Shown here: in pieces, positions 40,244 to 51,900 of the stretch
Layout: each line of letters starts with the position of its first letter
Position numbering within the stretch: position 1 is the first letter of the stretch
DNA from: an uncultured delta proteobacterium
GTDB taxonomy: Bacteria > Desulfobacterota > Desulfobacteria > Desulfobacterales > Desulfatirhabdiaceae
Length of the DNA stretch: 64,000 bases
Direction of reading: 5' to 3'
Assembly (NCBI GenBank): GCA_963789395.1
Contig: CAWBKP010000010.1
Span: 1 to 64,000 of the forward strand
The notes under the pieces: generated by a model
What the model saw: only the letters and a program-made list of their open reading frames with translations
Told to the model about the DNA's origin: nothing
Database searches by the model: none
Program-made: the position numbers and the translations under genes

Positions 40244-40673
40244 CTTTTATTACAAATCAGTGCGGCGCCGGCGGGAAGAAACTTGAAGGCTCGGAGATGG
40301 TTGATCCGCCATGGGCACGCCGGGTACTTTATCTCTATGTCCCATACGGACAGGATGCCGCTATGGGTATTGACAGTGCCATAATAAATGCGATAACTTC
40401 ATGAACCTGCTCTTCTGCTGCTCCTTACACCCTTAATTTCGGGGGCAACCCCTGTGACGGGTTGAGCAGAAGGGCATTTTACCGGCAAAGCCGACTTTCT
40501 CTGACCCCGCCCACTGGACGGGGGTTTTCATGTAAAATCGGATGCACAGTTACAGAATCAAGCAGCAAGACCCACGTCATTCCTGATTTGCCGGAATAAC
40601 GTAAATGAAAGCCCCTTTCCATTTTGTTCACTTCATTGTTTGGAATTGTAACAGGCGACGGCGGAGGACGCGA

Positions 40674-41648
40674 ATGAGAAAAAGGATCTTCTTCATCTGC
40701 GGTTCGATGAATCAGACTACTCAGATGCATCAGATTTCCAAGCACCTTTCCGACTACGCGCATGCGTTCTCGCCTTTCTACTGCCAGGGTTTTGACGAGA
40801 TTCTTCGAAAATTCGGGTTGACCGAGTTCACGATCGCAGGCAACAAAACCGCGGGACGCTGCCGGACGTATCTGGAGAATCATGGCCTGCCCATCGACTT
40901 CCAGGGAAAGAAACGGCCCTACGACCTGGTGGTTACCTGCTCGGACGTATACCTTCAAAAGAATATACGAGGCAACAGGATCGTACTGGTTCAGGAGGGG
41001 ATTATCGACCCGGAATCCGTCATGTATCATCTCGTCAAGCGTTTCCGATTTCTTCCCCGATGGATGGCGGATACGGCGATGACCGGCCTCAGCGATGCAT
41101 ACGCGGTTTTCTGTGTGGCAAGCGAAGGATACCGCGATTTATTCATCGGAAAAGGCGTGCGTCCCGGGAAAATCGTCGTTACGGGAATACCCAATTTCGA
41201 TGACTGCCGGCAATATCTGACGAACGACTTTCCCTACAGGCACTATGTACTGGCCTGCACATCCGCGCTAAGGGAGACATTCCGCCGCGAGGACCGCGTA
41301 TCCTTCATACGAAGGGCTGTAGATATCGCCGGCGGCCGGCGGCTCATCTTCAAGCTTCACCCGGCTGAAAATGTCGGGCGCGCCACCCGGGAAATCCGGG
41401 CGCACGCTCCGGGAGCTTTGGTGTTTGCAGCGGGGAGCGCAGAAGAAATGATCGCCAATTGCGATGTCCTGATCACCCGCTTTTCATCGACCGCCTTCGT
41501 CGGCGTTGCGCTCGGCAAGGCGACTTATTCGGACTTCGATACCGACCAATTGCGTCGACTGATGCCGCTTCAGAACGGCTCGGCGGCTGTTAACATCGCC
41601 AATGTCTGCCGCCGGATTCTTGAGGAAAAACAGGATGAGCGCATTTGA
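40674..41648 (+). CDS. Conserved hypothetical protein with a GT-B / UDP-GlcNAc-2-epimerase-like fold
   Basis: GGAGG RBS; LVQEG, FCVASEGYRDLF..KG...KIVVTGIPNFD, LIFKLHPAE, MIANCDVLIT. Confidence 0.7.
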   Translation: MRKRIFFICGSMNQTTQMHQISKHLSDYAHAFSPFYCQGFDEILRKFGLTEFTIAGNKTAGRCRTYLENHGLPIDFQGKKRPYDLVVTCSDVYLQKNIRGNRIVLVQEGIIDPESVMYHLVKRFRFLPRWMADTAMTGLSDAYAVFCVASEGYRDLFIGKGVRPGKIVVTGIPNFDDCRQYLTNDFPYRHYVLACTSALRETFRREDRVSFIRRAVDIAGGRRLIFKLHPAENVGRATREIRAHAPGALVFAAGSAEEMIANCDVLITRFSSTAFVGVALGKATYSDFDTDQLRRLMPLQNGSAAVNIANVCRRILEEKQDERI

Positions 41649-41800
41649 AAATCAGCCGGCCGGGACTTTCATACGGCTTGTCATCCCATCCGGCACTGAA
41701 ACGCTTTGATTTGGCTATTGACATGAAATATCATACAGGATTGATGTCGGATAAATCAGTTGCAGTAAAATATTCGAGTTGCCTTGATTAAAGAGAAAAC

Positions 41801-42745
41801 ATGATTCTCAATGCCCGGGACAAAATTACCAGGGGTTTGTTGTCATTGGCCAAGACCCCCTTGGTCTTTTCTCCTTATTACCGATACCATCTTCCATTGC
41901 CCGCCGTGATCCTGATCGAGAATACAAACTGCTGCAACGCGCAGTGTGTCATGTGCCCCCGCGAGATGCTGACCCGAAAACGCGGCTTCATGGAGTTCGG
42001 ATTGTTCGAGAAGATCATACGTGAAGTGTCCAGCGTGAAACGAAAACCCGTCGTGCATTTGCATGGGTTTGGAGAACCGCTGCTGGATGAGTCGTTGCCG
42101 GAAAGGATCAAGCTTGCAAAAGCCTGCGGGATAAAGCATACTTATCTTGTTACCAATGCTTCGTTACTGTTCCCCGAGAAAGCCGGAAAGATCATCCGTG
42201 CGGGACTGGACGTGATGAAGATCAGTTTTTACGGCACCGATCAAGAATCGTATCGCGCCACCATGAAACGGCTTGATTTCGATGTGGCGCTTGACAACAT
42301 CAAAGAGTTTGTGAGGATAAGAAAGGATCTGAACAAACGAACTCCGAAATTGATTCTTCAATACCTGCCTCAGGAAGCCAATGGAGGCAAGACAAAGGAA
42401 TTTCAATCTCTGTGGCACTCTGTCCTGGATAAGCGGGCGGGCGACTGCCTGAATTTCTGTGCTTTGGACAATTTTGGAGGCGGGAGAGCTTACAACCGTT
42501 TGGGAGAAAAAATAGTGTCCGTCTGTTTTTACCCCTGGTCAGCCCTGTCGGTGCTCTGCGACGGCAGGGCCGTTACCTGTTGTGTGGATTACAATGGCGT
42601 TCAGGGCGTCGGAAATCTGAACTTCCAGACCGTCAAGGAAATCTGGAACGGGCCTGAGTTGTCCCGGATCAGGAGCAGCTTTGGAAAAACGGATTATAGC
42701 GCGTTTCCGACCTGTCTTTGTTGCGACTGGGTACGCAGGCGGTAG
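41801..42745 (+). CDS. Radical SAM protein with SPASM/twitch domain
   Basis: CNAQCVMC, GFGEPLL; C-terminal CFYPW...DGRAVTCC...GNL....EIWNG...CLCC. Confidence 0.9.
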   Translation: MILNARDKITRGLLSLAKTPLVFSPYYRYHLPLPAVILIENTNCCNAQCVMCPREMLTRKRGFMEFGLFEKIIREVSSVKRKPVVHLHGFGEPLLDESLPERIKLAKACGIKHTYLVTNASLLFPEKAGKIIRAGLDVMKISFYGTDQESYRATMKRLDFDVALDNIKEFVRIRKDLNKRTPKLILQYLPQEANGGKTKEFQSLWHSVLDKRAGDCLNFCALDNFGGGRAYNRLGEKIVSVCFYPWSALSVLCDGRAVTCCVDYNGVQGVGNLNFQTVKEIWNGPELSRIRSSFGKTDYSAFPTCLCCDWVRRR

Positions 42746-42867
42746 GCTCCGGATGATTGAATTGCCGATTCTAACTGCGGTTGCTCTGTGAAGAAAAATG
42801 ACGATTTCTGACATCCAACCGGGTGCATGTTTTTTATTAATTTAACTTTCTTTACAGGGAATGATAA

Positions 42868-43848
42868 TTGAAGGTTTTGGTAACCGGCGCCACAGGATTT
42901 ATCGGGAGCCACCTGGTGGAAGCCCTCGTTCAACGCGGAGCCCAAATCAGATGCCTTGTACGGGACAAGAAGCAGTTAGGGTGGGTGAAAGACCTCCCCG
43001 TTGAGTTTGTTGCCGGAAATTGTCAGGAGAAGCATTCTCTAACACAAGCCGTGAAAGACATCGATCAGGTGTTTCACCTTGCGGGTGCGACAACAGCTGT
43101 CAAAGAAAAAACGTATTTCGAAGTGAATGCCCTGGGAACGGAGAACCTTGTCAAAGCCTGCATCGAAATCAATCCCCGTCTCAATAAATTCATCCATATT
43201 TCAAGCCAGGCAGCAGCAGGTCCGTGCCTGAGCGGCGGGAAGAAAAAGGAAACCGACGCTTGCGAACCGGTTTCGCCCTACGGGAAAAGCAAATTGCTGG
43301 GAGAGGAATTGGCTTTGTCCCGCTCCCGTGAGCTTCCGCTGCTTATACTGCGGCCATGTGCCGTTTACGGGCCCAGGGACAAAGGCTTCCTTGCGCTTTT
43401 CAAGTGCCTCTCCAGGAATATCCTTCCTTGCCTTTCGGGGATCGATCAACACATCAGCATGTGTCATGTTCAGGATCTTGTCCGGGCAATTCTTTTAGCT
43501 GCCGATACCCAATCAGCGCACGGAAATATATTTTTTATATCAGATGGGCAGGATTATCGGACGGCGGAAATCGGTGATATCTTTGCGGAAGCAATGAAGA
43601 TCAATGCACTGCAGCTTCATATTCCCAAACAGATACTATTCGGCGTGGCCTTTTTTGCAGAATGTCTCTCAAGGGTCTCCGGAAAGCCATCCATCATGAA
43701 CAGAGGCAAGGCAGCGGAAATGATCCAGCAGAACTGGGTTTGCGACATTACCAAGGCCAGGACTTTATTGGGTTTTGAGCCCCGGATTTCTCTTGCCCGG
43801 GGAGCTGAATCAACCGTTGCCTGGTACAAAAATGAAAATTGGCTGTAA
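42868..43848 (+). CDS. NAD-dependent epimerase/dehydratase (extended SDR); candidate 3-oxo-lipid reductase
   Basis: TGATGFIG, HLAG, SSQAA, YGKSK, RPCAVYGPRD. Confidence 0.88.
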   Translation: MKVLVTGATGFIGSHLVEALVQRGAQIRCLVRDKKQLGWVKDLPVEFVAGNCQEKHSLTQAVKDIDQVFHLAGATTAVKEKTYFEVNALGTENLVKACIEINPRLNKFIHISSQAAAGPCLSGGKKKETDACEPVSPYGKSKLLGEELALSRSRELPLLILRPCAVYGPRDKGFLALFKCLSRNILPCLSGIDQHISMCHVQDLVRAILLAADTQSAHGNIFFISDGQDYRTAEIGDIFAEAMKINALQLHIPKQILFGVAFFAECLSRVSGKPSIMNRGKAAEMIQQNWVCDITKARTLLGFEPRISLARGAESTVAWYKNENWL

Positions 43849-43895
43849 CGATATTGTCGGGAAGTTTCGCGGTTAACCTTATAAAAAGAGCAAGC

Positions 43896-45017
43896 ATGGC
43901 CGTCATCGAGATCATTACCGTGGAAAGCAGATCGGATCTTAAGGCCTTTATCGATCTGCCCTGGAAAATATATGCGGAATACCCCAATTGGATCCCTCCC
44001 CTTAAGAAGGAAATTCGCCGGCTGCTGGATCCCGGCAAACACCCTTTCTGGGAGTTTTCCGAGCGCATCCTCTTTCTGGCCCGACGGGGTTCGGAAACGG
44101 TGGGAAGGATCGCGGGCATCATCGACCGCAATCATAACGCGTTTCACAGCGAACAGATGGGCATTTGGGGATTCTTCGAATGTGCCGACGATCCGGAAGT
44201 CGCGTCGGCCCTCTTCTCTTCCGCAGAGACGTGGGCGCGCCAAAAGGGGATGTCCTTCATCAGAGGCCCGCTCAACCCTTCCACCAATTACGAGTTGGGG
44301 CTTCTCATCGAGGGTTTCAATTACCCGCCCGCCATCATGATGGCCTACAATCCGCCGTACTATCCGGGGTTGGTCGAATCGTGCGGTTTCGTCAAAGAAA
44401 AGGATCTGCTGGCCTTTCTGATTGATGGCGATTACCGGCTCCCCGAATGGATGGATCACCTTGCCGAATGGATCGCCAAAAAAGGCGGTATCCAAATCAG
44501 GCGGTCTCGTCCAAAGGATGCGGATGCCGAGTTTGCCCTGATCAGGGAGATATACAATGCCTCCTGGTCCGGCAATTGGGGGTTTGTCCCCTTAAGCGAT
44601 CATGAGATGCGGGACATTCAAAAGAATGTGATGGCATTTGTGGATCCGGATATGGTTTTCTTCATTTATTATGGAGATGAACCCGCAGCATTCTGTGTTA
44701 TCTTTCCAGACATCAACCCGTTGCTCAAACGTCTCAATGGGCGGATCGGCCTGCTGGGCTTGCTGAAGTTCCTGCTATATCGGCGGGAGATCAACGGATT
44801 GCGGCTGTTGATGTTTGGCGTCAAGGAGAAGTACCAGCAATTGGGACTCCCCATGCTGGCCTTTCACCACATATATGAGGTTGTGAGGAAGAAAGAAAAA
44901 TATCGCTCCCTGGAGCTGGGCTGGACCCTTGAGGACAATGCATCGATCAACTCTTTGATAGAGGAAGCCGGCGCAAAAATATACAAAAAATATCGCATAT
45001 TCAGAAAGTCTTTATGA
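43896..45017 (+). CDS. Tandem-GNAT N-acyltransferase resembling the bacterial ceramide synthase (bCerS) family
   Basis: FIDLPWKIY...WIPPL, GRIAGI, GFFE, RGPLNPSTNYELGLLIEGF, MAYNPPYY, WSGNWGFVP, WTLEDN, KKYRIF. Confidence 0.75.
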   Translation: MAVIEIITVESRSDLKAFIDLPWKIYAEYPNWIPPLKKEIRRLLDPGKHPFWEFSERILFLARRGSETVGRIAGIIDRNHNAFHSEQMGIWGFFECADDPEVASALFSSAETWARQKGMSFIRGPLNPSTNYELGLLIEGFNYPPAIMMAYNPPYYPGLVESCGFVKEKDLLAFLIDGDYRLPEWMDHLAEWIAKKGGIQIRRSRPKDADAEFALIREIYNASWSGNWGFVPLSDHEMRDIQKNVMAFVDPDMVFFIYYGDEPAAFCVIFPDINPLLKRLNGRIGLLGLLKFLLYRREINGLRLLMFGVKEKYQQLGLPMLAFHHIYEVVRKKEKYRSLELGWTLEDNASINSLIEEAGAKIYKKYRIFRKSL

Positions 45018-45092
45018 TCAAGCACCGGATTTCCGGGATGCGGGATTTGATATCGATGGTTCTATTGACGACAGCCAAATGAGAAATACAGA

Positions 45093-45928
45093 ATGAAAAG
45101 GAAAGTAGCCGAACGCGTATATATAGCGCGGCTCCTCGTGGTGATGAATTGCTGACAGGGGTTGCGGCAGGCTGCGCGCACCGGATCCACGCTCCGATGC
45201 AACCCGATGGCTGGAGTGCCCAGCCTATCGTGATCATGTGCCGCTTTACCCCCGATGCCGACCTGGATCCCGCCACCGGAAAGCCCGTGGGAGACGAAGG
45301 GTATTTTTTTTATATCCTGACCCAACCTGCCAATTGGGATTTCAGCGATGCCTCGTCGCTTCTCTTCTCAATTTGGCTGCATCCGTCGGCGCATAGCTGG
45401 ATCATCCTGGAAAGCCCCGGGAATCGTCAGGAATTCGGCCACACCGGCAACTTCGGGCAAGAGAAACCGCGCTACCATGACGGTGTGATGCAAAGGGTTC
45501 GGGAGGGAGATCCCGATCCAATCGCTTATTTGTGGCAGCCGATGTCCGATGGCCAGTTCCAGATCGGCAAGCCCGGTCGCCCCCCTGCGTTCGTCTGGAA
45601 AATGCCGATTACCCGACGACGGTATCAAACGATCGAAGAATACGTAACGCAGCGGAAGTACGATCTGTTTGACTTGAGGACCGGCAACTGCACCGATTTT
45701 GTGATGGAGACAGCGGTGCTGGCGGGCATCAATCTGACCTACCGTATCCACCTCACCTTGCCGCCTGAAGCAAGGTTCTTGGGCCGGACGCTGCGTGTTT
45801 GGACAGATCCGCAATACCGCATACTGGAGTTCGGTACACCCGAAGTTCTGGAGGTGGACCTGCGCCAGCTTGCCCGGATGGGAATCGGCAGTGACGCCAC
45901 CGGGTGGTACCTGTCTTTGAAACACTGA
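45093..45928 (+). CDS. Lipoprotein with a circularly permuted papain-like (His...NC) motif; probable frameshift in the signal peptide near 45147
   Basis: MKRKVAERVYIARLLVVM joins LLTGVAAGC (lipobox) with a one-base correction; AHSWIILE precedes YDLFDLRTGNCTDFV. Confidence 0.6.
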
Positions 45929-45994
45929 CAATTGACCCAACCGGCGAATTGTCATCAATAGGAGAATGTATGACGTTGAAACAGAGGAATGTAA

Positions 45995-48900
45995 ATGTCG
46001 GCTGAACATCGCGCTCCAATCATCGCTTTCGTTTGGCGGCCCGAGGAGATGACCCCGCCTGTAATCCAAATGGCGCATCAAACAGGGAGCAGGGCCATCT
46101 TCGATTTTTCCATGATGGGGGTGGATGCGCTGCGATCTTCCCTGCAAAAAGCCGGCCCCGACGGCCAGATCAGGGATATCAAGATTTCAGCTGCTGCATT
46201 TATGGAACCGTCTTTGGGACAGATATTACCCAATACAGGCGTCCAAAACCTTTGGATCGAATGTCACCCGCAGTTTTTCCAGGGAGATCCTTCCACGTTT
46301 CTACAGAGATTGAGGGAATTGCCGCAAAATTACCGCCTCTTCCCGATTTTCGGGGACCTGAATCTCCTGACGACTATTTTGACAGATGGCCCGGAAATCG
46401 GGCGCATCGTCCTGAAAGGAAGCGAGGCATCCGGATTCGTAAGCAGTGAGACGACCCTGACGCTTTATTCAGCGGTCAAGGAAATGCTGCGACGCCGATC
46501 GAAGTTTTTGGACATCCTCATCTGGGGAAGTGTTTTCACTCCTGAGGCGGCTGCGGCATTTTTGTCCACCGGAGCCACGGGGATCGTCTTCGAGAGCCTC
46601 CATTGGCTGACAGACCTGGTTGCTGTTGATGATCTCCAACGCCGGCGGCTCTCCAACCTCCGCCTGGATTCAACCGATCTGGTCGGACTGGACCTGCAGG
46701 TTCCCTGTCGCATTTTCAACAAGGGAAACTCGATCGCGTTCAAGGAGATCAAAAGTTTCGAAAACGCGCTGTGCGGAGCAAGGATCACGGAGGAAAGCCG
46801 CCGATCCTTCGAGAACCGAGTGAGTATTGGGACCCGCCACCCTCTGGAGAGTGCTTTCACCCCGGGCGAGACCATCCCTCTGGGTGTGGAGGCAGCCTTT
46901 GCCGCATCCTTTGCCGAGCGTTTTGGAACGGAAACCGAGGAAGCCGTGAAGTCCTTCATGAACGAGATTCACAGCTCATGCCGCCAGGCTGTTATAAAAA
47001 ATGACTGCTTTTTGAACAGCCCCGTCGCCGCAGAGATGGGATCCAAATACCCTTTTATCCAGGGAGCCATGACCTGGATCACCGATGTCCCTGAGTTTGC
47101 CTCACGGGTTGCCGAGGCCGGCGGGTTGCCCACAATCGCCCTGGGCATGATGGACGCCGAAACCCTTGATCGGAAGCTGGGACACCTGCCGGAGATCATG
47201 GGCGGGCGCTCTTATGCCGTGAATATCGTCTCTCTGGCGGAGAACCCTTTCAGGGAGACCCAACTGGCATGGATAAAGAAACACCGGCCCCGTTTTGTGG
47301 TGATCGCGGGAGGGGATCTCTCCTTTTTAAGGGATTTGTTGGCATGCGGACTGGAGATCATGTATATCGCCCCGAACGAGGCATTGTTGCGACTCGCTCT
47401 TGAAGCCGGCGCCCGGTATGTGATCTGCGAGGGATATGAGGCCGGCGGGCACGTTGGCCGCCATAGCACGCTTACCCTTGCTCAAATGGTACTGGATCTG
47501 AAACGAATCAAACCATCCCTGTTCCAGAATTGCCGCATGATTCTTGCCGGGGGAATTTTCAACCGGGAAACCGCATTCATGGCAGCCATGCTCGGAGCAG
47601 ATGCCATCCAGATGGGCACCGCATATCTGGCCACCCGTGAAATCATTGAAACGGGAGCCCTGACGGCGCTCTATCAGCGGATGGTCCTGGAATCACCTCC
47701 TGGCGGAACGGTCGTTTCAGGCAGGGACACCGGACTTCGGGTGCGCTCCTTGAAGTCCCCGAGAACAGCCGCAGTTTCATCCCTGGAGCGGGAATTTGCA
47801 GCGGATCACCCAGACGAGAGTTCCTTCCGCACGAAAATAGAAGAGATGACGGCGGGAAGCCTCTTCACCGCGGCCCGCGGCATGGAAAGACCCGGCGGGG
47901 CGCCTCTGGATGAGCGGACCTGCCTGGAACGCGGACAATTCATGAGCGGGGCCAGTGCCGGCCTTATCAGCAATGTCCTGAATCTGCCGTCCTTCCATCG
48001 CGAGTTGGCTGAAGGCCATCTTTTGCTGCATCAGCCCGGGGGTTCCACCGAGAGAATGCCGGAACCTTCACCCGGCGCTTCGCGCCCCATGAAACCCCCA
48101 TCCAGCGGGATTGTCCAGGGACTGATGAAACCGGCGCTGCATAAAGACGCCCATGAAAGGGTTGCCATCACCGGGATGAGTATTCTCAATACCCTGGGGG
48201 ATAGTCCGGAAGGGGTCTGGGCGGCAAGCCTGGCCTTGAAGAGCGGGATTACCCTGGTTCCGTCTTCCCGGTGGGATCACACTCTTTTTTATGATCCCCG
48301 CCCGTTTGCTCCGGACAAGACTTACTGCAGGGTGGGCGCCTTCCTGGACGTTCATATCTCCCGAGGCGAACTCGGAATTTCCCCGCATGATTTCCGAACC
48401 ATGACCGATGCCACAAAGCTCACCCTGTGGCTGGCGGACAAGGCCATCCGGGAGTCCGGCATCCTGGAGTCGAACATCCCACGGGAGCGAATCGCAGTCC
48501 TTGTCTCCCAGAACTCCGGAGAAGCGGCGGCAACCTTCACCGATCTTAATCATAAGGGCGCATGTTCACGACATCCTGGCCGATATCAATCGGGTGCTTC
48601 ACCTCAGTCCGGATCAGATGCGCGCCGCTGAACGCGAGGTGAAATCCGGACGCCTGGCCCCGGACGATACCACACTCCTGGGCAGGCTCAACTGCGCGGC
48701 GGCCGGCTTTATCTGCAACCGGTATGGGTTCATGGGACCCAGCCATTCCGTCTCCGCAGCCTGCGCAACCTCACTGGTCGCACTTCACAGCGCCATCCAG
48801 ATGATCCGGACCGGCATCATCGATGCAGCCATCGTCGGAGGGGGCGAGGAGTATCTCAGTCGAATGCATTTTCTGGAATTCTCCGCCCTGGGCGCCCTTT

Positions 48901-51900
48901 TCGGGTTGTCCGGGCAGGAAAGGCCCGCTCATGAAACCTCCCGCCCCTTCGACGCCGAAAGAGACGGAATGGTACTGGGCGAAGGCGGGGGAATGATCAT
49001 TATCGAGCGGGAAAGCTCGGCCCTGCACAGAGGGGCGCATATCCACGCCGTCATCACGGGCATGGGCGCCAGCAACAACCATCTGGGCATGGTAGAATCC
49101 TCCAGTGTCACCCAGGAGATCGCCATCCGCGCCTCTTTCCAGGGGACACCCTATGGACCCGATGCGGTGGACCTGGTGGAATGCCATGCCACGAGCACCC
49201 GGCAAGGGGACGTGGAGGAGGTCCGTGCCCTGAAGGCGATTTTTCATTCTTCCAATCGCACAGTCATTACCTCATTCAAATCCCAGATCGGACACACACT
49301 GGGCGCCTCGGGCATCAACAGCCTCATTCGCGGCGTCATGGCCATGAAGGCGGGGGTTTTCCCTCCCACCCTCAATTATACGCATCCAGACCCGGAAATC
49401 GGCCTGGAAGGATCGGGACTCTTCATTACCCCCGAGCCGCTTGACTGGAAGTGCAGGGCCGGCCGGTTAAGAAGGCTCCAGGTTAATGCTTTCGGGTTTG
49501 GAGGTTCCAACTACGTGGTGCAGTTGGAACAGTCCATGGATGAAGCGGCCACGATCCTTGTCTCCCCCGAAGGTGAGCCTTCTGAGCTTCAGGGGATCTC
49601 TTTCTTCCGGACCCAGATGGACGGCCGTCACTACCGGACGGCCGTCGTGGCGGAATCCGAAGAAGCGGCGCTCACTGTCTTTGAGAGATCGCGCCACCTC
49701 CTTTCAAAAGACGGAATCGCCACTCCCAGGGCATTGAGATCCCTGGCACATCAGGGAATCTTCATGGGCGCTGAGGATCTGCCGGTGCTGCCGCTCGCGT
49801 TGGTATTTCCCGGACAGGGCACCCACTATGCAGGAATGGGGCGGGATCTCTACGAGTCCTTTTCCGTCATCAAGGGGTGGATGGATCGGGCTGCGGCGGC
49901 CGCGGACTTTGACCTTCTTCATCTCTTGTTCCATGACCGCGAAGAGAACCTTCAAATGACCCGGTGGCAGCAACCGGCCCTGTTCGTTCTGGAATACGCC
50001 ATGGCGAAATTCCTCCTCTCACTTGGCATCCGCCCGGTGGCGATGGCCGGCCACAGTTTGGGCGAACTGACCGCCCTGTGCCTGTCCGGCGTCTATTCCC
50101 TTGAGGACGGATTCCGAATTGTGAATAAGCGGGCGCTCTGTATGGACAAGGCCGCCGCCATGCACGTGGATCCGGGTGTCATGGCGGCCACGGACGCCCC
50201 CCTGGAATTGCTGAAAGAGATGGTCCGGGAACGGGACGATGTCCATATCTGCAATATCAATTCACCGAAACAGGTCGTTCTGGGTGGCAACACCGAGGCG
50301 GTCAAATATCTGGGTATCAGACTGAAAGAGAAGGGATTCCGCTCAACCCTTTTACGGGTCAGCATGGCCTTCCACTCTCCTATCATGAGAGTCATTCATG
50401 ACGAACTCGAAGCGTTTATTGCCACCATCCCGTTTCATTCCCCGCAGATTCCCGTCATCTCCAACACGACCATGGCGCCGTATCCATCCGATCCAGGAGA
50501 GATCCGGCGCATTCTGATGACTCACCTGGAATCTCCCGTCCACTGGATGCATAACGTTCAGACGCTTTGGAACGACTACGGCGTCCGACTCTTCATGGAG
50601 GTCGGTCCAGGCGACATATTGAGCAATCTCATCGCAGACACGCTCTCTGGCGCAACATGCATCCAAACTTGCCTTCCCCGGGAAGAGAGTTTGACCTGCA
50701 GGACAGCTCTTGCCCAGCTTTTCGTGCAAGGACATCTGATGGGACAAAGGGAAATCAGCCCGGCATACCCGGAAGCCTCACCGGCATCAGATATCCAATC
50801 CATGACAGGCGGCCCCTTGCCCCCCGAAAACCGGATGGAACCCCCCGACACTACGAAGACTCCTTCTCCAGACAATGCGCCTGAGAACCCGGATCACATG
50901 GAGCGTCTTATACGAATCATCATGGAGGCTACGGGTTTCGAAAGAAGCGAGATCCAACCCGATATGGATCTGAGGAAAGACCTTTCCATCCGCTCCAGCC
51001 GCCTTCCGATCATCATGGACGCTGCGGAACACCAATTCGGAATCACTATCGAATTGCAGGATTTTATCCATGTCCGCACCGTGAAGGACATCGCGCAGAA
51101 GATCTCCGAGATAATCGCCAGGCAGGAAGGCTCCGGACCACTTCCGGCCACCCGGGCTGTTGACCCCGGCATGGTGCGGGATGAAATCCTGAAACCCTCT
51201 GCGAATGCGGTGAGCCTGAAGCGACTCGTATTCAGTTATGTCCCTGTCGATCCACCAGCTTCCATTCCCATACATTTTGAGCCGGACCAGTCAGTTCTCG
51301 TTCTCTCACCGGACCGGGAGGACAGCATTGCAGCAAGCGTCGCAGACATCTTCCGCCGGGATTGCGGAATTGACTTATTTCCCCTGTCGTTCATGCAATG
51401 GAGCTCCGGTCCAGTCGAAACAGGCCACGACATCAGAACCGCCGAAGGGGGCCATGAGCTTGCCGATCGGATTGCGGGTTTGACGTCTGCGGTTGGGATG
51501 GTTATCTCCTTGCATCAACTGGCGGAAAATTTAAAACGCATGGAGGATATTGCACAGATTCTCAGAGGCTTCTTTATCCTCCTGAAAACATTTCTCCAGA
51601 CACCGGACAGGAAACTCGTCATGCTGATCCACTCTCGGGAGGATACCGAAACACCGGTTCGGCTCCTGGCGGAGGGGATGACGGGACTTTTTCTGAGCGC
51701 AGCGCTGGAACACCCGGCGGTCCTGTTTCGCACACTGGAAATCGACCACGACACCGACATTCGCATTGCCTTACGTGATGCTTTGGACAGTGGATACAAG
51801 ATAGTGGAGATGGTGCATCGCAATGGGAGGGTTTTCACCTCCGAGGGACATGTCGCTCCGTCGCTCTTCAGGGATGTATCAAGCCTGGAACTGAGTCCAG

